From the NCBI RefSeq assembly GCF_006345805.1, contig NC_042999.1:44640001-44704000 (forward strand): a stretch of DNA of 64,000 nucleotides. Direction: 5' to 3'. The notes below the pieces were generated by a model that saw only the letters and a list, made by a program, of their open reading frames with translations, did no database searches and had not been told where the DNA came from. Every line of letters begins with the position of its first letter. The stretch's first letter is position 1. Position numbers and translations under genes: made by a program. Source of the stretch: Octopus sinensis (taxonomy: Eukaryota). Of the stretch, positions 52,365 through 64,000 are shown piece by piece.

Positions 52365-52420
52365 GCTAGCTAGCTAGCTATCTTTCTATGTATGTATGTA
52401 TGTATGTATGTATGTATCTG

Positions 52421-52451
<31 letters not shown>

Positions 52452-52758
52452 GTCTATCTGTTTATCTATCTATATATCTATCTATCTATCTACTTTCTAT
52501 GTATGTATGTAGTATGTATGTATGTATGTATGTATGTATGTATGGATATGTAGTGTGTGTGTGTATGTATGTATGTATGTATGTATGTATGTATGTATGT
52601 ATGTATGTATGTACGTACGTATGTATGTATGTATGTATGTATGTAGTAGTATGTATGTAGTGTGTGTGTGTGTATGTATGTATGATGTAGTATGTATGTA
52701 TGTATGTATGTATGTATGTACGTATGTATGTATGTATGTATGTATGTATGTATGTATG

Positions 52759-52807
<49 letters not shown>

Positions 52808-52810
52808 CTA
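52009..52810. repeat. Compound (ATCT)n/(ATGT)n array containing a second copy of the LINE 3' end (52194-52265)
   Basis: 51937-52008 is identical to 52194-52265; microsatellites around it. Confidence 0.9.
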
Positions 52811-54210
52811 TAAGTAAGCAATGCTTTGAGTGAGAGAATGAACATTGAATAAAAAGCAATGAAACAAAACATTGATTTCATCCTTGACAACCAGTTTGCT
52901 ATGGCTGGAAACAAAACAGTTGATTAGCTTGTGAATACTGTTTCCTAGGCATTAAAAGCATTGTTCTTTATATACACTACCTACACATGTTTAAGTGAAA
53001 GGAGGAATCTTAGGGAGTTTGAAGGTTTTATTTTTATATCCTTTTGACCACAAAAGGGTGAAGTGTCCATAATACTTCTAGGTTCCATCAGACAACATAT
53101 AATAATTTTTTGCACAGATGTGATATATTTAAATTGTATTAACAATTATTCATGTTCTGTTGCCATGGCTATTCTTTATAGCAATGATGAAAGTAAGGTC
53201 AAATTTCTAATTAATATATAGAAGTATTGTTAGAAGTAAGACTTCCAGTGATGATCAAGTTTATGATATCATAAATAGATGTAAAACTTTAGAAGAAATC
53301 AGTTAAATTTATGTTCAAAGACTTAATAAATTGCATATATGCATTAGTAGAAACAAACTGAGTAAATATGCTATCAATTTTAATATTTTTTTGTCTGGTT
53401 CGAATCTTCTACCTGCAATTAATTCTACTTGCCCCAGTTCTCGTCTTGCCTGCCAAGAATGTCTAACTACCTGTCTGAGAATATTACATTAACTTGTCTT
53501 GTGTCCTGTTCAGCAAGCGGCTTATCCTCCAACCACTTAATGCTTTGAAAGCAAGCCATATGCCATATGCATTGTCCCATTATAAGCCTCTTGAGACATA
53601 CATTTAGATTTTTATCTAATGCCTGCAGTACAACAGGAACTCTGCTCATGAGTGACAGAAATTCTATAGTTTATTCTGTTAGTCATTGTGTCCTGTGTTT
53701 TTATTTTTTAAATTTTTGTCTTTTTATCTAGAGACATTCTTACAATAAATTAGTATAGAACTTTCTTATGTGACATGATTGTTGCTAAGAACATTAAGTT
53801 AAAACCCAGTCAAGCAAAACATTGTATTTTGGTAACATCCTTTTCATACATTTCCATTAATATATGTTCAAACAAAATTCAACTTTGCTTATTTCGCTGT
53901 TTGTTGATATAAGTAAAAGTATATATAAAAAAGCAAAAAAATTTTTGATTGGAACTTGAAATTATTCTTTTCTCTTATTATTGTTGTTGTTGTTATTGTT
54001 TGTGGCCAATAAAGAATTGTTTTTGCTGTTGTTGTTTTTTGCTCTTCTTCTTCTTCTTCTTCTTCTTCTTCTTCTTCTTCTTCTTCTTCTTCTTTTCTTC
54101 TTCTTCTTCTTCTTCTTCTTCTTTAACTTGCATTAAAGATATTTCAAATTTCAAACATTTGCATATAACAGCAGCAGTAGTAACAACAACAACAACAACA
54201 ACAGCAGCAG

Positions 54211-54244
<34 letters not shown>

Positions 54245-54767
54245 AACAACAACAAAACACTAGCAGTAGCAACAAACAATGACAACAATACAAGAAGAAG
54301 AAGAAGAAGATGATGAAGAAAAACAACAACACCACCACCACCACCAACAACAACAAAGGCAATAAATGAAATAGATGCAAAACATTGTATATCCGACCAA
54401 TTTGCATCTAATCATAGATTCCTTGAAATATATTTACAAAGCTAATGGCTTTTCAAGATGCAAACTCTAATTTTGCATTAAATGTTCTTTCTTGTAGCTG
54501 ATAAATTATATCAATCATTAGAGGTCAAATTTTGTTTTATATTCTTTAAAGCCACCAGCCACTCGAAGGAAACATTTTTTAAAACCAACCCCACCAACCC
54601 CAAAAATAAACATGCGATCAAGAAGTAGAAGTATGTCTTTTATGTTTAGTATCCAATAAATCAGGATTGTATAATCAGAAAATACTAAAGTAACACTTCT
54701 ACACCGTTTGTATACATTTCACATTCGTAACTCATTTCATTAACTGAGAGAGAGAGAGAGAGAGAAA

Positions 54768-54803
<36 letters not shown>

Positions 54804-54906
54804 AAGAGAAAGAGAAAGAGTACACATGTGCATATGCATGACTGTGTGTGTGTCTATGTATGTTTTTCTTTCAGTTATACACACACACACGCACATATAT
54901 ATAAAT

Positions 54907-55500
54907 CAGCTCCGTCGCGTGACTTTTAGAGGCCCCTGCAACTTTTTGTTTCAAGGCCCCATCCCTTCAATCAAAATTCATAATATTTGCACCTCTTATT
55001 CATAGCTATATTTTACTTTAATTTATCTGAAGTTCAGGGTTTCACGTTATCCTAAAGAAAATCTTTAAAAGTAGAAGTTAAATTCATTTAGGTCTATTAG
55101 AAATTTCAATAAGTAAAACTTCCAGATATAAATAAAAGAGCACTTATATAATCCAGGCAACTTTCAAAGACAAACATGGCTCAATTTTCACTTTGCGAAG
55201 CCATTGATCAGTTCAGAATAATCAAGCTGAGAGCTAAGTTCATATTCAATTGATATCATAGACAATCCATAAAGTCTGGTACATGTTTGTGGTAAAATGT
55301 AATATTTTTTACAAGGCTTTTGCAGGTAAAATGTATTACCATTTTATTTCTTAAAATTTTCAGTTAACATAGTTTAATTCTTGTTCAACATCTTAACCAA
55401 AGTAAATAGATGACTCATCTACGTACTATGATCTTAACATGGGGCCCCACAACCATGGAGGCCCCCTCCAACTGCAGTGGTTGCAGGGGTTAGCAATGAC
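54907..55500. mobile_element. Probable hAT-like MITE
   Basis: GC-rich ends (CAGCTCCGTCGC..GGCCCC and GGGGCCCC..GGGGTTAGCAATGACC) around an AT-rich interior; TIRs degenerate. Confidence 0.4.
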
Positions 55501-55537
55501 CTTTATATAATAAATAATATTATACATACACATATAT

Positions 55538-55588
<51 letters not shown>

Positions 55589-56149
55589 ATATATATATGA
55601 TGAGGGCACAAGTCTGACTAATATAAACAGCACACATCAGTTGCTTTCCAAAGATATATGATCAAGCCTGTGGTAGTAGAGTCCTCCAGTGTCCTCAGCC
55701 CCCAGACCATATCCCTGTTCATTGCTATTGGGGTGGAGATGACTATCCACAAATACTAGCACTGTGACTCAGAGTGGCTCTTCCAGCAGATCTCCCTCAC
55801 TATCCTCTGGGGTAATGCCTTTTCCGTTTTGTCAGCTGAGACCATGAGGCGATCTGAATTACAGGAAACTGACAGGATGTAAGAAGTTCATAACTTACTA
55901 CATGAACAATAAACATATATGCTATACAAAATACATGATTAATTAAAAACAATCTGAATAAATAAAATTACAGTTGAGTGAGTAATCTGAGTGCTAAAGG
56001 ATTAATCACAATTGATTAATCAAAGTTGATTTTGGAATACACTACAGCAATGGCAGTGAACACAAAAACAACTACAATAGCAGTTGTAACAAGAACAATA
56101 GCTTCTACAACAATCAACAAAATTCTATAAAAAAAAACAATTTTCCGTG

Positions 56150-56371
56150 ACCGATGCCAGTACCGCCTGACTGGCCCTTGTACCAGTGGCACGTAAAAGC
56201 ACCCACTACACCCTCGGAGTGGCTGGTGTTAGGAAGGGCATCCAGCTGTAGAAACTCTGCTAAATCAAGATTGGAGCTTGGTGCAGCCATCTGGTTCGCC
56301 AGTCCTCAGTCAAATCATCCAACCCATGCTAGCATGGAAAGCGGATGTTAAACAATGATGATGATGATGAT
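56150..56371 (+). mobile_element. RTE 3' UTR copy (one unit plus tail)
   Basis: Family terminal block and (GAT)n. Confidence 0.85.
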
Positions 56372-57029
56372 TTAGTCTGATTCTGCTATTTCTGTTAATT
56401 TATTGCAATGTATTCAATATATTCTATATTTCTTTTATTCTTTTACTTGTTTCAGTTGTTGGACTGTGACCATGCTGGAGCTACCTTGAAGGGTTCAGGC
56501 AAATAAATCGACTCCAGTGCTTATTTTTAAAGGCTGGCCCTTATTCTATTGTTTTCCTTTGCCAAACCGCTATGATATGGGAACATAAACAAACCAACAC
56601 TAGTTCTTAAGTGGTAATATGACAAGCACAAAGACATGCATGCGCGTACATATACATATATACACACACACAAATGCATTACATATACATATATGCATAT
56701 AAATACATGCATACACATGCACACACATACATACACATGCTCAAGTATATATACATTTACATGCATGCACATACATACATGCATGTACATGCACTTACAT
56801 ACATGCACACATACACACAAATGCGCATACACATATATATACACACACATGCATACATATATAAATACATACTTGCATATACATGCATAAAATAATACTA
56901 ACATAAATGCATGTAACCATGCATGTGTACATCTGTACATACTTGCATGCATACATACATGCATACATACATGCACACACACACACACATCATACATACA
57001 TACATACATACATACATACATACATACAT

Positions 57030-57241
57030 AGAGTTAATCCAAACATGAAAACACATAGAGAAAACACAAACTGGAGGATGAGGAACAAGTATAGAGTTAT
57101 TGGACGCTCAGGAAAGAAGGAAAGAAGGAGGATTTAACGTTTCAAGTGGAGCTCTTCATCAGAAACATAGGAAAAGGAAAGATCCAAGGAAGGGAAGACA
57201 GAGGAAAAAAATCGCCAACGGTACACACGCGGTCACATACA

Positions 57242-57273
<32 letters not shown>

Positions 57274-57460
57274 CATACATACATGCACACATGTTTACGA
57301 AAATAAACAAAAGACGAAGGCAGGTGGAGTACAAACAAACAAATGTATTAGTATAACGCTCAGGAATAGAAATAGAAAAAGTCTTTTACGTTTTGAGCCT
57401 ATGCTCTTTGACAGAAAGATACACAGAAAAAAACAAGGAGAGAAAAAAATACATATATAC
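57030..57460 (-). mobile_element. Penelope/retrozyme-like short element with two tandem minimal hammerhead-like motifs
   Basis: Minus strand: TTT-CTGATGA-AGAGCTCCACTT-GAAACGTTA (57133-57166) and a decayed TTT-CTGTCAA-AGAGC ATAG GCTC-AAAACGTA-AAAG (57382-57418). Confidence 0.5.
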
Positions 57461-58194
57461 AACAGGCTTCCAAATGGTTTCCATTTACCAAATTCACTCT
57501 CAAGGAATTGGTCAGTAAGGATCTATAGTAGAGGATACTTGCATTCAGACCTACACAGTGGGACTAAATGCAAAACCAAAACCACCGGTTTCAAAGTATT
57601 AACACCTAATTAAAAATTCTTATGCATTGAAGAAAGCTAACATTAGTTCAATAAAAAAAAAACATTGTTTTATCCATTTGTAAGGGAGACTATCCTGGTC
57701 ATGTTTCAGTATTATTGTATCACCTCAATGAAATATAGACTTCACTGTGATTACTGAAGTAGAGACAAAAGAATCATTAAGTACATTTACAATATTATAT
57801 ATAAGTAGTTGTAAAAAATAAGTATAATTAAAGAAATAAATCACTAATGATAATTCACTAATGATGCTGTCTGCTTGGAAAACAATAAATTAAATTAGTG
57901 CAAAGATACTTAAAACAATATTATTTACTGAGATAATATTGTCTTATTACTGATTAGGTTTTTAACATACTTAGTATATTCTTGTATTCCTTTGCTGATT
58001 TTATTCTTTAGACTGTGGCCATGTTGGAGCACTGCCTTCAGGGGCTTAGTTGGTTATATTAACCACAGTGCTTATTTTTAGCTGTTATATTTATAGACAG
58101 AAATGAAAACTCAAAACCATAAAAGGACACAGACACACACACTTACACAAATACATAAACACATATATGTATACATGTAAGTAAATATTATATA

Positions 58195-58244
58195 CAGTAG
58201 TACCTCAATTTTTGAACAACTTTGACTGCAAATAAATCATGCTT

Positions 58245-58276
<32 letters not shown>

Positions 58277-58292
58277 ATATATATATATATAG

Positions 58293-58365
<73 letters not shown>

Positions 58366-58507
58366 TAGAACATTAAAGTATGATTTATTCATGATCAGAG
58401 GCGCTTGTAAACTGAGATACTACTGTATTAAATGAATATGAGAAAGACAGGAGATAAAGTACAATTTATTCATGATCAGAGTTGTTCAAAAACTGAGGTT
58501 CTACAAT
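58195..58507. mobile_element. Tigger/pogo-like MITE remnant with a duplicated right TIR
   Basis: TACAGTAGTACCTCAATTTTTGAACAAC matches the reverse complements at ~58375-58427 and ~58452-58507. Confidence 0.5.
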
Positions 58508-58531
58508 ATATATATATATATATATATATTA

Positions 58532-58785
58532 CTGTTGTGTCTGGGGAGAATCATTTTCTTTTTGTGCCTTATAATATAACATACTCACTGGTAAAATTTC
58601 CACTTATTTTTTATTTTTATTTTCCTAAAATTTTCGTTGAGTCTTGCAACCTTTTCAATAGTCTTTTTGTTTAAAGGCCCCATCCCTTCAATCAAAATTC
58701 ATATTTGCACCTCTTATTCATGAAGTTCAGTATTTCACGTTATCCTAAAGAAAATCTTTAAAACGACTTTCCCCAGACACAACAG
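58532..58785. mobile_element. Short element with 16-bp TIRs and an internal captured segment
   Basis: CTGTTGTGTCTGGGGA (58532-58547) and TCCCCAGACACAACAG (58770-58785). Confidence 0.6.
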
Positions 58786-58944
58786 AATATGCTTCAACAC
58801 ACGAACTCACATAAAGAATCTTGCAAACCAAATCCAAAAACAAATATATATATATACATACATACATATATATATACTATATATTAAATAGTATATATAT
58901 ATATATATAGTGTGTGTGTGTGTGTGTGTTTATATATATATAAA

Positions 58945-59120
58945 AAACACCCACTACACTCGCGGAGTGGTTGGCGTTAGGAAGGGCATCCAGCCGTAGA
59001 AACACTGCCAGATCTGACTGGGCCTGACGAAGCCTCCCAGCTTCACAGACCCCAGTTGACCCGTCCAACCCATGCTAGCATGGAAAACGGACGCTAAACG
59101 ATGATGATGATGATGATGAT
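58945..59120 (+). mobile_element. RTE terminal-block copy
   Basis: Nearly identical to 19108-19286. Confidence 0.9.
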
Positions 59121-59310
59121 ATATTTCATTTACAAAATATCTTTCCTCTTACTAACATGGAATGAAAACTTATGAAAGCATGAAATTATCACTAACTTCT
59201 TAGACATGATTAGCACAAGTGAAGCCAGCCAACATAAAATTTCTGTACATTTTCCTTTTACAATTTTTACAATTCACCATGTATAAAATATTTTTTATCA
59301 AACCTTTTCA

Positions 59311-59344
<34 letters not shown>

Positions 59345-59374
59345 TTCTTTCTTCCTCTCTACATATGTGGATGT

Positions 59375-60190
59375 GCAATGTCAGTGTGCATATATGGCAG
59401 AATGTAAATGTCTTGAGAGAAAAGTTAGGAATAGGACGTATCAGATGTGGTGTGCAAGAGAGATGACTGCACTGGTATGGTGATGTGATGCATATGTACA
59501 AGGACAGCTGTGTGAAGAGGTGCTGATCTCTAACTGTGGAGGGAACCTGTGTGAAAGAGATAGATCCAGGAAGACATGGGATGAGGTGGTGAAGTATGAG
59601 CTTCGAACGTTGGGCCTCATGGAGGCAATGACAAGTGACTGAGATCTTTGGTGGTATGCTGTGCTTGAGAAGACCTGTCTATCCAAGGGAAATCACAGTT
59701 GTAGCTGATGCCAGTGTTGCGTAATTGGCATTCATGCTGGTGGCATGTAAAAAGTACCCTTTGAACACTGGGGCGATATGCTGTGTTTGAAAAGACCCAT
59801 CAAGCCAAGTGAAATGGTAGTCGTGGTTGATGCCAGTGTTGTGTAACTGGTACTTGTGCAAGTGACATATAAAAGCAACCTTTGAACTTTGGACCTCACA
59901 GGGACAGTGACAAGTGACTGAGACCTTTGGAAATATACCTGTCAAGCAAAGAGAGATCATAGCCATGACTAATGCTGGTCTTTCACAACTGGCATCCCTG
60001 CAGGTGGCACATAGAAAGCACCCACTGCACTCTTGGAGTGGTTGGCATTAGGAAGGGCATCCAGCTGTAGAAACCATACCAAATCAGATTGGAACCTGGT
60101 GCAGCTCCTCAGCTTACCAGGTTTCAGTCAAACCGTCCAACACATGCCAGCATGGAAAGCAGACGTTAAATGATGATGATGATGATGATG
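59375..60190 (+). mobile_element. Older RTE 3' fragment (ORF end, 3' UTR, (GAT)n)
   Basis: WMCNVSVH..VLREKLGI..RCGVQE..LHWYG matches 18170-18290 and is continuous with the 3' UTR block. Confidence 0.85.
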
Positions 60191-60204
60191 AAGATATATG
60201 TATA

Positions 60205-60560
60205 TATCAGTCCCACTGCGTGGCATCTTGGGCAAGTGTCTTCTGCTATAGCCTCGGGCCAACCAATGCCTTGTGAGTGGATTTGGTAGACAGAAACTGA
60301 AAGAAGCCTTTCGTATATGTGTATATATGTATGTGTGTATGTGTGTGTATATGTTTGTGTGTCTGTGTTTGTCCCCCTAGCATTGCTTGACAACCGATGC
60401 TGGTGTGTTTACGTCCCCGTCACTTAGCGGTTCGGCAAAAGAGACCGATAGAATAAGTACTGGGCTTACAAAAGAATAAGTCCTGGGGTCGATTTGCTCG
60501 ACTAAAGGCGGTGCTCCAGCATGGCCACAGTGAAATGACTGAAACAAGTAAAAGAGAGGA
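60205..60560 (+). mobile_element. Major CORE-like SINE copy
   Basis: Close match to the family consensus blocks. Confidence 0.85.
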
Positions 60561-61530
60561 AGAAAGAAAGATATAAATACGAGGGTTTCTGTGCAGTCTC
60601 TGTCTCCCAAATTTCACTCACAGGGTATTGTTTGGTTGACTCTGAAGACACCTGTCCATGATGCCATGCAGTGTGAATGAACCTGGAACCACAGAGCTTC
60701 AATGTAAACTTCTTAACAGTATAATTGGCCATATCATATCATATCAAATATGATAACACTAACTTAACTACTCTTTTCTCATGCAACAGGTGACTTTGAG
60801 TAATAATCCTCCAATGTTTTTTTTTTTATTGATTTAAGTTTTAAAAGAAGAAAATTCTTTTAAAACCTATTCAGAAGAGGAGTGTGTGCATAGCCTTTTT
60901 CAGGGCCTCCAAGACAGGTAATAAGATGGGAAGAGGATTTCCTCTGATGGATGATCTGGCCTGAATCCTTGCGGTAGAGTGGGTTTCATTTGGCTAGCGG
61001 CATCTATGGGCTAGTGCTTGGTGTTAAAGATGGGGATCAAGGCTACTGAGTGCAGAAGATAACTGCTTAATTCATATGAAAATAGTATAGTGTATGTCTG
61101 TGAGGGAGAGATCAACCTCAATGAATAGTTACAAGGTGATGGCAAAAGGGTGGGGTGGGGGAAGAAAGAGAAACAGAATAAAAAAAATTACACGGTGTAA
61201 ATTATGATAGGAAGAAAAGTAAAATTTATGACTAGCAATGTGAAGAGGGGCGGGAGGGAAAAGATGAACAAAAAAGGATAAAGAAATATAGAAGAGAAGG
61301 AAGAAGCAGTATGAGTAGAAGAGAGATGAGGAGAGAGTACTAGAATTAAAAAAAAAATGGGCAAGGAAGATGTTAGGCACAGAAAGAGGATGAGGCTTAG
61401 GAAGCAAATGAAGAAAAAGATTTGGCAGGCAAAAAAGAAAAAAAAAAAAGAAACACGTTGTCTTGTTTCTATATTTCTGATTTCTATATTGAACAAAGAT
61501 TTCAACTTAGCTTAAAATGTTTGGGGGTGC

Positions 61531-61577
61531 TCGTCACTGAGGAGGTTAATTCTGGTTGAAACACTAGTGTCTGATGA
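61531..61577 (+). ncRNA. Type I hammerhead ribozyme with decayed stem II
   Basis: TCGTCA-CTGAGGA-GGTTA attc TGGTT-GAA-ACA ctag TGT-C-TGATGA. 6-bp stem I (one G-U), palindromic stem III, GUC site. Confidence 0.7.
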
Positions 61578-62167
61578 CATTTTAAATGAGCTCTATGTTT
61601 TTAACTCACAAAGCCTCTTAACAGAAGTTTCTTTAGCACAAAATATTACATCTAGTGGTGGTTTACATTTGTGAGTGTGTGTACATTTGTGTGTGTATGT
61701 GTGTACACATATACAAACTATTAAGGTTGCTGTTCACAATTTAAAGCCAAAACGCACATGTACAATTGTCCCTAAAGGGACTAAGGTTGCAAGCCAGCAC
61801 CAGCATTGCAAGCAATGAGAATCAAAACAACTCTTAGCCATGGGCAAAGCACTTATTTATTGACTAACAAATGAGACACAGTCAACAGGTGAGATCTAGA
61901 GATGCTCAATATTAAAAAACACATAGTAGTGCTCCAATGATTTGAATTTATACTCTGAGGTCTTTATCAAGGATTAAACCTGTGGGGTAAAGAGTGGCAA
62001 TAAGAAAAATCCAGGCAGGCTAATATGGAAATAGTCATGCAGATGAATATATATATAAATATCTATATGCTTGTATATAAGTGTGTATTTTCTGAATATT
62101 TTCACTTTTTGTATACCCCATATTCAAATCTTCATGTGCATATGTATGTATGTATGTATGTATGTAT

Positions 62168-62505
62168 GTGTGAAGGCGCATGGCTCAGTGGTTAGAGCGT
62201 CGAGCATACGATTGCAAAGTTGTGAGTTCGAATCCCAGACTGGGCTGCATGTTGTGTTCTTGAGCAAGACACTTTATTTCAAGTTGCTCCAGTTCACTCA
62301 GCTGTAGAAATGAGTTGCGACGTCAAAGGTGCCAAGCTGTATCGGCCTTTGCCTTTCCCTTGGATAACACAGGTGGTGTGGAGAGGGGAGGCCAGTATGC
62401 ATGGATGACTGCTGGTCTTCCATAAACAACCGTACCTGGACTTGTGCTTGGGAGGATAACTTTCTCGGTGCACTCCCATGGTCATTCATGACCGAAGGGG
62501 GTTTC
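62168..62505 (+). mobile_element. tRNA-derived SINE
   Basis: A-box TGGCTCAGTGG, B-box GAGTTCGAATCCC, central GTGTTCTTGAGCAAGACACTT..TTGCTCCAGTTCACTCAGCTG, non-tRNA 3' body. Confidence 0.85.
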
Positions 62506-63287
62506 TACATGTATGTATGTATGTATGTATGTATGTATGCATGTATATTTATATATATCAAGCCTAATTGTGTTTATCAACATCACTTTCTCTCTCTCTC
62601 ACCTCCCCCTCTCTCTCTATATATATATTTATGAATGCGAGCATGTGTGTGTTTGTGTTGTTTCCTTTCCTTGACATCACATGATAGCTGTAAGCAAGGT
62701 CACTCTCATGCAAATGGTTGTCCTCCATTTCCAATCTTTCGAAAAATATTTGGTCATAGGGAAATATTAACTTATTACTTGGAAACAGGTGAGGGTTGAT
62801 GATAGGAAGGGCATCCCACCATAGAAAGATTTGTCTCAACAAGGTTCGTTTTAACCCTCAACAATTTCGTTTTAAACATGAAAAAGTGGATGTTAAATGA
62901 TGATGATGATTATGTTTTATACTTCATTATTTTAATCAAATGTTTTTCAAGTGCACACACACACACACACACATCATCATCATCATCATCGCTTAACGTC
63001 TGCTTTCCATGCTAGCATGGGTTGGATGATTTGACTGAGGTCTGGCGAACCAGACTCCAATGTACAGTTAATACATAAGTGTTTTTATATGCATAAAAAC
63101 AATGAATACCCATTGAATAAAGGAGAGTGTACATTAAGAGGCTCTAATATTTATATTAATTTAATTGACTGTGATTTCAATGTTTCTCATCTCTGCTTCT
63201 GTAAGAATTCAAACAAGCAGTTTGAACAAGCTACAGACGTGGTGAAATTTTGAAGTCACTGTTAATTAAATTATATATATATCTTTG

Positions 63288-63341
<54 letters not shown>

Positions 63342-63349
63342 TATATATA

Positions 63350-63423
<74 letters not shown>

Positions 63424-64000
63424 TATATATATGTATACAATGGCTGACAAGGGAGACAAGCTCCCTCTCTATGACAAGTGAGATGGAGTCATATCAGTGC
63501 TGATTTCAGATTTAATCAGTCTTCATCAGTGACTCATTGCTCTGTTGCTGAGGGTTAAAGAACCTATATACAGATACATACATATATATAAATATGTGTG
63601 TGTGTGTGTGTGTGTATGTATAAATATATGTATATATGTATATATATATATGTATATATGTATATATATATATGTATATATGTATATGTATATATACATA
63701 TACCCATATATAAGCATATCGTTGTGTAAGGTTAGGAAGTTTCCTTCCCAAGTACACATTGCACGGGATTCAGTCCTAACTGCGTGACACCTTGAACAAT
63801 CATCTTTTACTATAACCTCAGGCCAACCTAGACTTGCGAGTTGATGTGGTTGATAGAAACTGAAGGAAGATCATCATAAACATGTATGTGTGTATGTGTG
63901 TTTGTGTCTCCTTGTCCTGACAGCATATGAATGATAAAAATGAGTGTCAGTATCTTTCCTAAAATATGTCCAACCTTGGGGAACTATTATCTTGTTTGGA

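Noticed and set aside
53467-53649. Minus-strand 60-aa ORF ending at a possible donor (CAG|GTAG)
   Set aside because: Weak acceptor and no recognisable protein similarity.
62168-62245. tRNA genes at SINE heads (also 23769 and 27319)
   Set aside because: A and B boxes are present but the cloverleafs are incomplete, and each continues into a SINE body.

Overview
AT-rich, microsatellite-dense eukaryotic DNA dominated by transposable elements. The repeat families (tRNA-headed CORE-like SINEs, RTE LINEs with (GAT)n tails) point to an octopus genome; this is an inference and no search was run. No complete host gene is visible, only one plausible minus-strand exon (33404-33512). Main contents: (1) a near full-length ~6.06-kb L1/Tx1-type LINE (45949-52008) inside an (ATCT)n array, with a duplicated 3' end; (2) a 5'-truncated RTE LINE (16843-19286) whose RT carries an internal PHD-type finger and whose 3' UTR holds a 10-unit, 61-bp hairpin array; (3) a mariner element (6178-9144) containing the 5' part of another Tx1-like LINE; (4) a decayed Ty3/Gypsy element with LTR, PBS and an in-frame poly-Gln gag leader; (5) further Tc1/mariner, CR1/L2, RTE and Penelope remnants, MITEs, long inverted repeats and many SINEs. 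Reading both strands also shows four loci with hammerhead-ribozyme cores (43041-43091, 61531-61577, 19691-19736, and a tandem pair at 57133-57418), apparently from different Penelope/retrozyme-like families. Most short ORFs in the track are microsatellite translations.
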